A stretch of 64,000 nt of DNA from Eledone cirrhosa. Lineage: Eukaryota. A program made the position numbers and the translations under genes. Position 1 is the first letter of the stretch. Each line of letters starts with the position of its first letter. Below are positions 33,906-47,600 of this stretch, piece by piece. The stretch is taken from assembly GCA_964016885.1 (NCBI GenBank), contig OZ024741.1:337776001-337840000 (forward strand), in the 5' to 3' direction. The notes below the pieces were generated by a model. The model had not been told where the DNA came from. It saw nothing but the letters and a program-made list of their open reading frames with translations, and ran no database searches.

Positions 33906-35350
33906 CTTAAAGATGGTAAATCCCCCTGGAGTCGATAACATTCCATCAGAGCTCCTAAAACATGGAAGGCCAAAACTTATTTAGACACTGACAGTTACCT
34001 GTCAGAAGCTATGGGAAACAAAGAAGTGGCCAAAGGAGTGGACCCAACCACATTCCCCAAAAAGAAAACTTAAAACTCTACCAGAACTACAGAACAATTA
34101 GCCTAATTAGCCACCCCAACAAAGTAGTGCTAAGAATTCTTCTAAACAGACTTAGGGGAAAGGTAGAGGAAATCCTGGCAGAAGAATAGGCAGGATTCAG
34201 GCCCAAAAGAAGTACAACAGAACATATATTTAACATCAAACTGCTCACTGAGAAACACCTGCAGCACCAATATGACCTCTACCATAACTTCATCTACTTT
34301 AAAAAAAAGTCTTTGACTGTGTTTGGCATGAGGGTTTGACATCAACCTCATTTAAGTAATTAAAGCAGTGTATGACAACTGAAACAGTGCAATTCTGCTG
34401 AATAATAACATTGGAGAAATCTTCAGAACAAAAGTGGGAGTTCGACAGGTGTGTCTCCTTTCTCCGGTACTTTTCAACATCTTCCTGAAAAACACCATGT
34501 AAGGGACTCTCCAGGAGTTCCACTCCGCAGTTTCCATTAGAGGAAAGCCCATTTCCAACCTTTCATTTGCTGATGTCACCGACCTGTTAGAAAGCAGTGA
34601 AGCAGAACTCCAGGAGGTAACTACCAGACTGGAAAACTATCAGCAGCATATGGAATGGAGATCAGCTCAGAAAAGAGCAAAATTCTGGTTAATAATAATA
34701 ATCAGAATACATCAACCAACATCATGCTGAAAGGAGGAAACTTGAAGTTGTCACTTTCAAGTACCTAGGACCCATTCTGACCAAAGATGGCAGACCTCAA
34801 AAGAAGATATTGACAAGACTTGCCCTAGCTACTTCTGTCATGGTAAAGCTGAATGTCATATGGAAAAGCAACTTCATCAATTTTCCAACGAAGCTCAAAC
34901 TATACAAGTCCTTGGTGACTTCGATCATTTTGTATGTGTGTAAGAGTTGGACTTTCACAGCAGGCATGGAACGAAGAATCCAGTCTTTCGTGCACAAGTA
35001 CTTCAGAAAGTTCCTACACATCCCATATACAGAACACAAAACAAACAGGAGTCAGGTAGCAAGTTAACAAATATACTAGCAGACAGGAAACACTTCTTGC
35101 AACAGTGAAAAGACGGAAGCTTACCTAGTATGGCCACCACAACTCTTTGTCCAAAACTATCCTTCAGGACATAGTCTAGGAAGGGCGAAGAAAATCCTGT
35201 TCCGACAACATCAAAGACTGAAATAGTCACAACACAGAGACCCTTCTACGCATGACGGAGAATAGAGACCAGTGGCGACAACAGACAGCAAAAGCATCTA
35301 GTGTAGCACACCAACGACAAGCTGCACCAGTTTTGGGGACATGATGATGA
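33905..35350 (+). mobile_element. Decayed RTE/BovB-like LINE RT with 3' (GAT)n tail
   Basis: PGVDNIPSELLKHG, WPKEW, NYRTISLISH, GVRQVCLLSPVLFN, FADV, KLKLYKSLV. Confidence 0.85.
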
Positions 35351-36039
35351 AGATAATTTTGTGGCGTTCCGCTTTGGTTTTTGTTGATCAGTCTTCTGTA
35401 CGTATCCTAAAGTTTGAATTTGTGTTTTTTATTAACTTTATTCGTTTTGCATCTGTGACATCTCCGTCATTTACGATCTCAATGTTTATTATGTTATCTT
35501 AGGTGGCCCCTTCCCACCGGCTCCTCACTGCCATCCCCTCCTTCAGATCTCTACCTTATTACCTTTAACGCATATACATTGTTAAGATTGCAATAAACTA
35601 TAAGCATGGCATAAGTTATCTTCCTTCTGCTCCTAACTTAATAAAAGGGGTTGCCTCTATTTTTTTTATTCCTTCGACATATATGTGTGACGGACAGACA
35701 GGCAGGCGGAGAAACGTTTTTTTTCTTCTAATAATATAGATTTTTCGTTGCTTTGTGTTCGTTAGTTGTGATTTCATGATGTATTCTTTCTTTTAAATGC
35801 TGTATTGCAATTTCTGATACATTTTTCGTTTTTAGAATGTAGCTTTGTAAGTTAGCTAGTCTATTGGGAGGGGGCACCTGCCCTCCAAATTTTATATTGT
35901 ATAAATTTTATATTGTATTGTATTTTGAGTGTGTGAGAGAGATTTTCTTAAGTTCATTTAAGCTTCTTCACTTTTATTTCTAGACCTTGAGAAGTAAAGT
36001 ACGGATCATTATTTAGCTTGCCCTTCAGTTTTTGCCGGG

Positions 36040-36680
36040 TACTTTATTTGTTTCGAATTTTGAAATGTTTTGCATACCCCATTTTTCGTACGTTTTATGC
36101 CTCAAATTCAAAGAACGCACTGTACTTGACCAGTTGATGACATTGAAACTGTAAGTTACTACTGGTAAGGCAAGTGTGTTATGGCATCGATCCTATTCCT
36201 TGCATTCAACTCCGTTCTTAAGATTGCTCCTACTCTGCGGTAACATTCCTTCCTTATCCTTTCCCTCATTGACGAGTGCTTGATTCCGTCTCCTTCACAA
36301 ACACCTAGATATTTGTAAGTTTCTTCTTGATCAAGTTCTCTTATCACATTCCCCCGATCAAAATTAATGTCTGAACTTCTCAGCAGCTTTCCACTGGCGC
36401 ATTTATCTAGTCCAAACTCCATTTTAATATCATCACTGAACTGCCCTTCACAGTGGATAATAGCCCTTGCATTTGCTCATCATTTTTTGCAAATAGTTTC
36501 AGGTCATCCACGTAGAACAAGTGGTTAAGGGTTTTGTCATAGACTTTATATCCATGTTTTGTTTCATTGAGTATTTTACTTAATGGTATAAGTGCGATGA
36601 GGATAAAAGCGGTGATAAAGAGTCACCCTGAAAAATTCCACAATTAATATTAACTTCTCCAGCTTCCAGTGATTTTTTTT
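36040..36680 (-). mobile_element. R4/Dong-like LINE RT fragment
   Basis: GIFQGDS, LNHLFYVDDLKLF, MEFGLDKCA, YKYLGV. Confidence 0.8.
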
Positions 36681-36786
36681 TCACTGTTCAAAAGGAGTGT
36701 CGTTTTCCATGTTTTCATACTGAATGACAGGAACCTCCTGACAACGGAAGATATTTTGGAAATCTCTAAACACTTTTCAACCCAAC

Positions 36787-36844
<58 letters not shown>

Positions 36845-36989
36845 AGTTGCATTTATCTTACTTTATGTTCATACGAGTTATCACCAAGTCACAACCAGTG
36901 ACCTCAAGAGACAATTAGGTCCACCATTTTCAAGAAAGAACATACATACACACACATGCATCTTTAGGTGTTTAGACTTGTGATGTACT

Positions 36990-37345
36990 TATATTGACAA
37001 AACCTTCCTTAGTATATGGGCAGTTCCCATTAATACTAGCTTTTGTATTTCTCCTATACGCGGATTTCCTGGGATTTGGGATAAGTAATCATTAGACCCC
37101 TAGAGCGCCTACAACCACTGGTATTGTTTTAGTTCTCAGCTTCCACATTTTTCCAATTTCTATCTCCAGGTCTTTATACTTGCTCAATTTTTCAAATGTT
37201 TTTATGAATACATTCTTGTCTATTTGAACAGACACATCAATTAGCAGGCATACCCTCTTTTTAAAGTCCTTCAGTATTACATCAGGTCTATTTGCATCTA
37301 TTTTTCGGTCTGTTTGGATGCTAAGGTTCCACAAGATTGAGATTC
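36990..37345 (-). mobile_element. R4/Dong-like restriction-like endonuclease 3' end (similar piece at 16010-16300, minus)
   Basis: IQTDRKIDANRPDVILKD...LIDVS...EKLSKYKDLEIEI...IPVVVGALG; near (ATT)n tracts. Confidence 0.8.
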
Positions 37346-37756
37346 CACAAGATTGAGATTGAATGGAACTTCTGAAATGTGTAGTTCATTACTGTATCTC
37401 TGTGTATCTTTTGTAATGGAGTATGATCTTTTGATGCTTTCCGGGGTTAACTTTGCCTTTCATCCTTACGGGGTCGATAAAATAAAGTACCAATAATGCA
37501 CTGGGTAAATCGTCTGGCCTTGTGCCAAAAGTAGAAACAATTATTATTATGTGGTTTGGCAGTATCGGTAGAGCGTCAGACACCATACTTTGGAGCATAG
37601 AGTTATGGCTCTTTACATTCTGAGTTCAAATCCCGCCGAGGTTAACTTTGCCTTTCATCCTCACGGGGTCGATAAAATAAAGTACTAGTACTGCACTGGG
37701 TAATTGCTGGCCTTGTGCCAAAAGTAGAAACAATTATTATTATTATTATTATTATC

Positions 37757-40700
37757 GATCTGTTCGGACGCTTTTTGCTCGCTCCCAGTAAGTCGCTTTA
37801 TTTTCCTGTTAAAATTATTTGTTGTAAATATTTCTTGTTGTGTAAGGGATATAAGCCCTTAGACTTTGCCCTGTGAAGGGGAAAGAATAATATTTGGGCC
37901 TTTTGGCCCAAATATTTGAACATTTTACTTTTAAAAATAAATGTTTAAAAAAAAATTAAAAAACATGACTGAGCCCCCCCCCCCCCCCCCCCAGCAATAT
38001 GTCTGCTGTCGTCTGACAACGTCGTAAAAGTTGAGAGCATGGTTAGTAACACCACCACAAACAACGTGAACAAAGACAAAACTGAGAACACTAATTTTGA
38101 AAAAATTACCATACCAACTATAACAATAACTGTTTCTACTTTTGACACAAGGCCAGCAATTACCCCAGTGCATTACTGGTACTTTATTTTATCGACCCCG
38201 TAAGGATGAAAGGCAAAGTTAACCTCGGCAGGATTTGAACACAGAATGGCAAGGGCCGTAACTCTGTGCGTCAAAGCATGGCGTCCGACCCTCTACCGAT
38301 ACTGCCAATCCACCAACTATAACAATAACGTCAACCAAATAGAGACAACAGAAAAAAATGACAACAAATGCAACAACGATATTAACACCACTAAAAAGAA
38401 AATAAACAACGACAACACCAACAGCAACAATACAAATTGCACCGAAAACAACAACGGTGGCAGTACTTTTTCGGAGAGGTTTGGATCTCGCCATACGGGC
38501 CATCTTCCTGGACTCAGAAGGTAAGTCGGTGGTGCTGGACGTGACCGGCAGCGAAGGCAATGCTTTCAGGCTAGTAGCCGTCTACGCACCAACTGGGGCA
38601 GGACGGCCAGATTTCTTCAGGCGTCTAGAGACCTTTCTTGGAACGTCCCGCTATTTAGTGTTAGTGGGCGACTGGAACGATATCTTAGATGCACGCTGGA
38701 ATTATGTGGGGCATGTAGACAGGGCAGGAGGGTGTAAAAGCCTGAACAACCTGCTCAGACGTTTTGAACTGTCTGACAGGTATAGACTGGATTATCCGAA
38801 TGTTCCAATGTGGACATGCAATGTGGACATGCAAACCGCATCGGGTCATCCAGATCGTATTCAGATAGGGTATTCTGTAGGGAAACAGATAAGGCTAGTG
38901 TAGGTTGTCCACAATTTAAAGTAGTCGACTACACGGACCACAAATTTGTGATCTGTGAAGTTGACTTAGATAGACTCCATAAGCAAGGGCCCGACTACCG
39001 GCGCGCAAAGCTTACAGAGACCGGATTAGCGAATTAGTTAAGCGTGCGTTGACGGGTGCGATCATCAACAACAGGTGGTGATTTAGCCTGAAAAGGGCTA
39101 TTAGAGTAGAATCAATAAGGTTTAGCAAAGGAGTAATGATAGAGGAAAATAGAGTAGAGGAGGAGGAGGAATTAATTAGAAAGTTAGAAGAGGCGTTTAG
39201 GACAGGCATCGCAACCGTTGTGCTTGCGGCGAGATTGGCACTCGACCAATTCTTCAACGCAAAGCATGAAGGCTGCGTTGTCAGAACTAGAGCGCGTGCT
39301 CTAAGACACGAGGGGACGAAAGCCGTTCAATGGGCTCGGGTGGTGGAGGCACGACGTGGCAACAAGTCCACAATTCGGTCTTAGCCTGATCAAAACGGGC
39401 GCATGTTGCTCGAACCCGAGCAGATGTGTGCGGCTTTTCAATAACACTTTGATCAATCGTTCGGGAGCGGCGGCGGGCCGGATCGGAGTATGGATTTCGG
39501 GGCATACCTCGACGAACTGCCGCGGCTCTCGACGACCGCAGCGCAGTGCTGCGAAAAACCGACAACAGCAGGTGAAATACGGGAAGCGATGTCTGACTGC
39601 ACGAGGGGTAAATCGTCAGGTTTGGATGGTCTGCCCTACGAGCTTTATGCATATATACGAGACTTGTTCGGTGACCTCTTGGCAGATGTCTACTGCAGCT
39701 GGCAGTAGAACGGGAGCATTCCCAGTTTTGTGAGCCGGAGAGTCGTGGCGCTGCTGAGAAAAGACCCGAACAAGAGGGACGTTATAGACAAATTCAGGCC
39801 CATAACTCTGCTAAACGCAGAGTTTAAGATTTTGGCCAAGGTGTTAGCAAAGAGATTGGCGCTTGTGGTCGGTGATCTGGTGGGAGATGCGCAGCCATAC
39901 GCCATTCCGGACAGATCAATCCACGACAACCTCCATCGTGCGATACATCATAGATAGAGTGGTTAAGGAACCTGGCACGGGTGGGGCCCTGATCAACTTG
40001 GATAAATCTAAAGCATTTGATAGGGTCGACCATCGGTACCTGGCTGCGGTCCTCGAGGCAGCCGGCTTCGGGCCCGTTTTTAGGGACTGGATCGCTTCTA
40101 TTCACAGCGACATCTGCTCGTGGTGAGGGTGAATAGTCACCTGTCGCAGCCGTTTAGCATCATGCGCTCGGTCCGTCAGGGTTGTCCCCTCTCGTGCCTC
40201 TTGTACGTATTGGCCCTCGAGCCGATACTGCACAAATTGGAGACAACGAGGAGGGGGGGGGTCCGTGTCAGCTTACGCCGACGACGTCACCGTGGTGGTG
40301 TCGAGCACCAAACAGGTCCAGATGCTCGGCACCGCTCTAAAGGAATACGAAGCGGTGACAGGAGCAAAGATAAACCAGGAAAAGTCGGTGGGCTTGCAAC
40401 TCGGCACCTGGAGAGGCAAGTCCATGCCGTCTGACAGCGTCATGGGGCGCTGGTCGGAAGGACCGGTTAAATTGTTCGGGGTCTGGTTCTGTCCGGACCT
40501 CCAGATGGAGAAAGGCTGGAGTGAGGTGACAAACAGGGTGGCCTCTCTCACCCAGAAATTGGCCGAGAGAAGGCTGTCTCTGAAAGTTCGGGCGGAGGTG
40601 GCAAATGAATACATCGCGTCCGTAATCTGCTACCGCCTGACCGTCGTACCTTGCCCCCACCCAACTCTGACCAAAATGGAGTGCCTTCTCTTCCGCTTTT

Positions 40701-41835
40701 TGTGGAAGGGACGTGCTCTCATGGTCAGACGATCCATCTGCTGTTAACACCCGTTGCGTGGAGGACTAGGCATGCCGTGGCTGATGATGCGAAAACACGC
40801 GCTGAGGCTGCGACATCTCTGGTGCTTCCTTGGCGGTGAACAGGTGTGGTCACCGTTTGCCAGACGCGCTTTTCCCCAGCTCATCTCCTTGACGGAGCTG
40901 CAGTCCTGGATCAGGAAAAGATCGAGGGATAGCGCTTGGAAGCTGGAATGTCTCCAATCGCTCACCGCCCTTTATCAGCTGGGCACTAATATCGGTGGAA
41001 CATCCACCTCGGCATTCTATAGAGGGCTAGTGGAGGGGAAGAGCGATGACGTTCTCGGAGAGACACTGGGCGTCGAATACAATCAGCTGTTTGCTCTCTT
41101 CAAAAGAACTTTCAGCCCGGGGCCTATGGACAACTTCCAGAAATCCCTGGCCTGGCAGTGCTACCGGGAAAACTCTACAGGCACGGAGGTACTGACAGCC
41201 GAGCCTGTCCGAGATGCGCGCAGGGAGACAAAACTGTCCTGCACGCATTCATTCAGTGCCCGAGGATTGCTAACTTGTGGAGCTATGTCGAACAGTTGCT
41301 GTCGCGTGTAGGACGGATCCGGTTATCGACTGAGTCCATTGTGCATATAGCCCCGCTATCCTCCTTTAAAGAGGAAGAAGGGCAAGCAGTTTTCATCTGC
41401 CTCGTGGCCATGGCGAAAGAGATTGTGTGGAGGACAAGGTTGAAAGGGTTGAAGACGGACACTTTCCTCTCCGGTCAATCCCTGATTAACTTTTTCAAGT
41501 TTCACTTGAAGAGGAAAATCAGGGCGGAGAGGCAAGTGCTGTCTTCTAGTAAGTTTGTTGAAAGGTGGGTGAAAGAGGCGAGTCTGGTCCGAGTGAACGG
41601 GCCCGCTCTAAGTAAGCGCCTGTAGACCGAGGAGTGGGAAAACTGAGAGAGGGCGCTTGCCCTGGTGGTCAGGGTTGCCGTGGTTTTCGCCACGAGTGAC
41701 CCTCGGAGGTTTCCACCTTTTTGGGAATTTTTGTTGTTTGAATTTTTTTTATTTCTATCCCGAGTTCTATATTGTTATAACTTGTTTACACGGCCAACAC
41801 CCACTTTGTATCGTCCTGTACTGTTCTGTGCCGTC
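37757..41835 (+). mobile_element. Tx1/L1-clade LINE, decayed: 5'UTR and ORF1 remnant, then ORF2 (APE-RT-Cys motif)
   Basis: FRLVAVYAP, LVGDWN, TDHK, SSGLDGLPYE, FRPITLLNAEFKILAK, LDKSKAFDRVDH, VRQGCPLS, AYADD, CPRC....TVLHAFIQC; many stops and frameshifts; 5' boundary inferred. Confidence 0.88.
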
Positions 41836-41842
41836 AACCGAG

Positions 41843-42212
41843 CAAGTTTGTTGAAAGGTGGGTGAATGTAGCGAGAATGGTTCGAGTGAACGGGACCGCT
41901 CTGAATATACGCTTGTAGTTTGAGGAATGAGAAACAAATTGAGAGAGGGCGCTTGCCCTGGTGGTCAGGGTGGCCGTGGTCTTTTGTGTGGTTTTCGCCA
42001 CGAGTAACCCTCGGAGGTTTCCCCCCTATAGGGGAATTTTTCATTGTTTGAATTTTCATTTTTATTGTTTATATTTATATATGTTTCTGTGTTTTTTCTT
42101 TTTCGTTTCTTATATGAATAATTAAAATCTTTACACGCACAAAACCCACATCGTACCGTCCTGTGCCACCTGTAATGTTTTTCTTGATGTCAGCCCTTGT
42201 TGCCAATAAAGA
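41843..42212 (+). mobile_element. Tx1/L1 3'-end fragment (second tandem copy)
   Basis: Repeats the ORF2 end and 3'UTR; ends aataaagaaat followed by (CATTAT). Confidence 0.82.
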
Positions 42213-42226
42213 AATCATTATCATTA

Positions 42227-43760
42227 TGATCAACCAGGAAAAGTCAGTGGGCCTGCAGCTCGGCACCTGGAGAGGCAGGTCCATGCCGTCCAACAGCGTC
42301 GTCGGGCGCTGGACGGACGGACCGGTTAAATTGCTAGGGGTCTGGTTCGGTCCGGACCTCCAGACGGACAAAAACTGGGACGAGGTGACGAGCAGGGTGG
42401 CTTCTCTCACCCAGAAATGGGCGGAGAGGAAGCTATCCCTGAAAGGTCGAGCGGAGGTGGCTAACGCGTACATCGCGTCTGTCATCTGCTACCGCCTAAC
42501 CGTCGTACCTTGTCCTAAGCCTCGCCTGACTGCGCTGGAGCGTTTGCTCTTTCGCTTTTTGTAGAAGGGACGTGCTCCGATGGTCAGGCGGTCCATCTGT
42601 TGTCAACACCCGCTACGTGGAGGGCTGGGCATGCCGTGGCTGATGATGCGCAGGCACGCGCTCAGGCTACGACATCTCCACCTCTTCCTCGACGGTGATC
42701 AGGTGTGGTCGCCGTTTGCTAGACGCGTTTTTCCCCAGCTCGTTTCCTTGACGGAGCTGCAGTCCTGGGTCAAGCGAAGACCGAGAGGGAGCGCCTGGAG
42801 ACTGGAATGTCTTCAGGCGCTCACAGCCCTCGGCCAATCGGGCAATGTGATCGGTGGAAACTCCACCTCGGCGTTCTATAGAGGATTAGTGGAGGGGAAG
42901 AGCGACGACGTACTTGGGGAAACTCTAGGCGTCGACGAAAATCAACTAGCCAATCTCTTCGGAAGAACTTTCGGGCCGGGGCCTATGGACAACTTCCAGA
43001 AATCTCTGGCCTGGCAGTGCTACCGAGGAGCCTTGCCAGTTCGGGATAAACTCTACAGGCATGGAGGTGCCGTCAGCCGGGCATGTCCGAGATGCGCGCA
43101 GGGCGACGAAACCGTCCTGCACGCACTCGTCCAGTGTCCGAAAATTGCTGACTTGTGGGTTTATGTCGAACACCTGCTGTCGCGTTTAGGACGGATCCAG
43201 CTATCATCTGAGTCTATCGTGAGGATTGCCCCGCCCTCCTCCTTTAGCCGGGAAGGGCAGGCAGTTTTTATCTGTCTGGTGGCCATGGCGAAAGAGATAG
43301 TATGGTGGACACGTTTGAAAGGGCTGAAGACGAGCACTTACCTCTTCGGTGATGCTCTGATTGACTTTTTCAAATTTCATTTGAAAAGGAAAATCAGAGT
43401 AGAGAAGGAAGTGCTCTCTTCCCAGCATTTTGTTGAAAGATGGGTGAGAGAAGCAAGAATGGCCCGAGTGAATGGGCCGACTCTGAGTATATATCTGTAA
43501 ACTAAAGGTGGAAAACTGGGAGAGGGCACTTGCCTTGGTGGTCAGGGTCATTGTGGCTTTTTACTGGGCTTTCTCCACAAATGTCCCTCCGAAGTCTCCC
43601 CCCTATTGGGGAATTTTTCATTGTTATTTTCATTGTTATTTTTGTTACTTCCTCTGTTTTTGTTTTTTTACACGCAGAAATGCCCATTTGTACCGTCCTG
43701 CATTGTCCTGCACTGTCCTTAATGTCTACTTTATGTAAACCCTTGTGGTTAATAAAGAAA

Positions 43761-43761
<1 letters not shown>
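42227..43761 (+). mobile_element. Tx1/L1 5'-truncated third tandem copy
   Basis: ORFs 42163..42564 and 42580..43500 parallel 40265..41625; ends aataaagaaat followed by (ATT)n. Confidence 0.9.
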
Positions 43762-43802
<41 letters not shown>

Positions 43803-44688
43803 GGGTACGTCGGACAACGTACTTTGTAGCATAGAGTTATGGCCCTTTACGTTTCTAGTTCAAATCCAATCGAGGTTAGCTTTGCTTTTCATCATTACGG
43901 GGTCGATAAAATAAAGTACCAGTAATGCACTCAGGTCAATTTAATCGACTTTCCCCACCAACCTAAATTGCTGGTTTTGTGCCTATAGTAGAAATCATTA
44001 TCATTATTGTTGTTGTTGTTGTTGCTAGCCTTCCCCCCAAAATTGATGGCACAAGGTCCACATTATCGGCGGAGGGGGGTCGATGAAATCAATCCCAGGG
44101 CGTTACTGGTACTTTATTTTATCGACCCCGTAAGAATGAAATGCACCTCGGCTGGATTTGAACTCAGAGCTTAAAGGGACGTAGCTATATACCGCAAACA
44201 AGTTGTCCAACGCTCTACCGATTACTGCCAATCCACCATCCTGTAACAAAATAATGATTTCTGATTTAGGTACAAGGCCAGTAATTTGAAGGGGAGGGAG
44301 AAAGTCGATTGAATCGACTCTAGTGCGTGATTGGTACTTCATTTTATCGAACCCGTAAGGATAAAAAGCAAAGCTAACCTCGGCGGAATTTGAACTCAGA
44401 CCGTAAAGGGCCATAATTCTATGCTGCAAAGCATGTTGTCTGACACTCTAACGACTCTGCCAATCCACTGCCCTACCCTGTAACAAAATTATGAAAATGG
44501 GTCTTAACACGAAGTGCTGACTGCAACTAGCAAAATGAGACAATTGCCTATATCATTTTAGGCCTCTCAGCCTTTACTAAGTCTGAATATATACACAAAC
44601 CAGAGGTGTAACTAGGGAAAATAACGTATGTGGCTGGCAGTGAAATTGCGCCCCTGCCGAAACATCTAACACACATCTTTCAGAAAAC

Positions 44689-47600
44689 TGTAGCGATCCC
44701 TTAGGGCTGGAACTCAGAACGTATAAGAGTTGCATCCCTTTGTGACAGTCGTGACCCCTAGTGGCACATCCATGAACTAACGTATAAGAGCTGCGTACCT
44801 TTGTGATGGTCGTGACCCCCAGTGGCACATCCATGAACTAAATGAAGTTACGTCCCCATGGTGAGTATATATTTGAGAGCGTGGGGCCATACACTCTCTC
44901 ACTTTCCACTCGCCGCAGCTAGAGATGACTTCTGCCTATGAAGAGATGACTCCTGCTTTCTCTCTCTCTTTTTTACACGCTCCAGTCTTGGAGTCGAGAC
45001 CAACTCACCAACTACACCATCACGACACGTGGTAAAATATTTCTATTGTTTTATTATTGACTTCTGTGAAGTAAAACATTGTACAAACACGCACCAGCCA
45101 TTCTTATCCTTTTTAATATTATTACAAGTAATATATACACTAATACTAACCTTCAAAAGTGGTGACACCGAAAAAAAAAATAGAAGGTGGTATTGTGTGT
45201 ATATATAAAAAAAAACATTTAATACAGAACAACACGCTTGATTCTGATATGGCTGTATTTACCGATTTCAGCATCTTTCTCTGTAACATTTAACCATCAA
45301 ACTCCTCATATGTGCAAAACGAACAGTCCAATTATTTACACACAAACACAAAAAAAAAAAATAATAATAATAATGCTGCTAGCTTCCTAGCAAAACAGAA
45401 CAATTGTATGAATGTATTTTCTTCTTTTCTTTGGCTAACATTTTTGAGGATGTCAAGATGGCGGCTTTCTTCTCCATCAAAAGTCTTTTTGGCGCGAAAT
45501 CGTCCACCATATTGGTTTTCGTTTTAAATTCGCCGCCAATCTATTATTAATGCTATTGCTCGGTTAGTCGCTCCTTTACATATTATCTCGGATGCATTCT
45601 TTTTCCTGTCCAGTTGTTTAACAGAGAAAAACAAGCGAATTTGTTTTCTTTTTCCCTTGTGTCGGAGACATTTTCCACACGGAGACGCATTTTGGCCGTT
45701 TACCTACTGTATACCAAGGGCATCTCATTCTGTTCTCCCTACGTACACGGGCGACGTAAGGTTATGGTTCGCTCAACTCGAAGCATTTTTCGAGGCGAAC
45801 AGAATCGATGAGGCACAACAACGTCCCCTAGTCCTTAGTGCAATTCCGCCGGCACTTATCCCAGCGATTAAGGATCTTGTATTAGAAACATCTACCGACG
45901 CGACGTACAAGTCTTTGAAGGCTGAAATACTCAGCCGGACTGCACAGTCCACAGAGAAACGATTTAGGGCCCTGGTCCATCTGAAGCATATCGGTGATGG
46001 CACCCATCGAACCTCCTAAGGCGAATGAAAGACCTAACGGAGGGGTCGGTAGCGGAATCTGCCATGTTGAAGCAGTTGTTTTTCTCGCGTCTACCGACCA
46101 ACGTACAGTCAATTTTGGCCCCCATTAGGGACACTTTCACAGTGGATCAGCTTGCCGCCTCTGCGGACAAAGCTTTTGAAGTCACGGGTGCTGAAGGCAG
46201 CGAAGCCCTTGCCGCTGTTTCTCACCCAGCTCAGGCCACACCTGGCCATGCCATCTGCCCGGCAACTACAGACAGCTCAGCGATTATGGCGATGCAGAAG
46301 GCCATTCAGGAACTCACCCTGGAGCTCCAGAAGATGAAGGTTTGGTGTGGTATCCGTTCGCGCTCGCGCAGCTGCGGGAGATCTCACTCTTTTAGACGCC
46401 GCCACAGGTTACCAGCTTCATCTTTATGCTGGTAATACGAGCGTTTTGCCGAGAACGCTAACCATTGTGTGCAACCTTGCTCATTTCTGAAGGCGGGAAA
46501 CGCCAAAGAGGTCCGCTGACGGAGGAAGTTGACCTCAGCATAAAGCCGCCAAACCGCCATTTCTTCATTAATGACCTTATGTCGGGAAGAGGTTTCCTCG
46601 TGGATACAGGAGGCTCCTGTAGTATTTGGCCGGTCCATTGCCTAAAAGATACCCCCGTTGAGTCATCCGTTACTCTGCAGGCCGTTAACCACTCGTCTAT
46701 AAAGACGTACGGACAAATCTCGCTTCCTCTCAAATTCCTAAATCTTCGTAGGGATTTTAAGTAGATTTTTACGGTCGCCGATTTGCCATACCCTATCTTA
46801 GGAGCGGATTTCTTCCACAACTTCTCTTTGACTCTGGACGTCCGTGGCCAACGCCTGGTGGATGACATCACCGGTTTTTCAATTCGTGGCCGGAAAGCCA
46901 ATGCTCCAACGGTCAGCCCCATATTCTTCATCGCTGCCGCTGGAAACGCCTACCATTCGTTGTTAGGTTCTTTCCCGGAGCTCACCGATGGAAATTTTCG
47001 AGTCACTGAGCCAACCCACTCAACCGAACATTTCATTTCCACCACCGGTACTCCAGTGTTTTCGCGTCCACGCCGCTTACCGGCGGACAAATTAAAGGCA
47101 GCACGGTCCGAGTTCGACAATATGCTGCAGCTGGGCATTATTCGTCCATCTTCGAGTCCTTAGGCTTCACCGTTACACATGGTGCCCAAGACTTCTGGCG
47201 ACTGGAGACCCACTGGGGATTATAGGAGGTTAAATGCTATGACCGTCCCGGATAGATGTCCGATCCCCCATCTCCAGGATTTCGCATCTTCATTGGAGGG
47301 GTGTAAGATTTTCTCAAAACTCGATTTAGTGCGAGCTTACCACCAAATTCCGGCCAGGAAGGAAGATATTCCGAAAACAGCGATTACGACTCCTTTCGGA
47401 TCCTTCGAATTTTTTACCATGCCTTTCGGACTCAGGAACGCCGCTAGCACTTTTCAGCGGTTCATAGACGAAGTCACTCGTGGTCTGGGCTTCGTTTATG
47501 CATTTATAGACGATCTTCTCGTCGTTAGTTCCTCTCCAGAAGAGCATGTGCGTCACATGCATCTTTTATTTCGGCGACTTCAGGATTACCGTGTTCGTGT

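Noticed and set aside
40781-40795. ctgatgatgcgaaa
   Set aside because: Coding sequence (LMMRK) of Tx1 ORF2; no stems, and the paralogous copy lacks GAAA
44718-44840. Two copies of a 61-bp unit
   Set aside because: Ordinary tandem duplication within the Gypsy LTR U3 region
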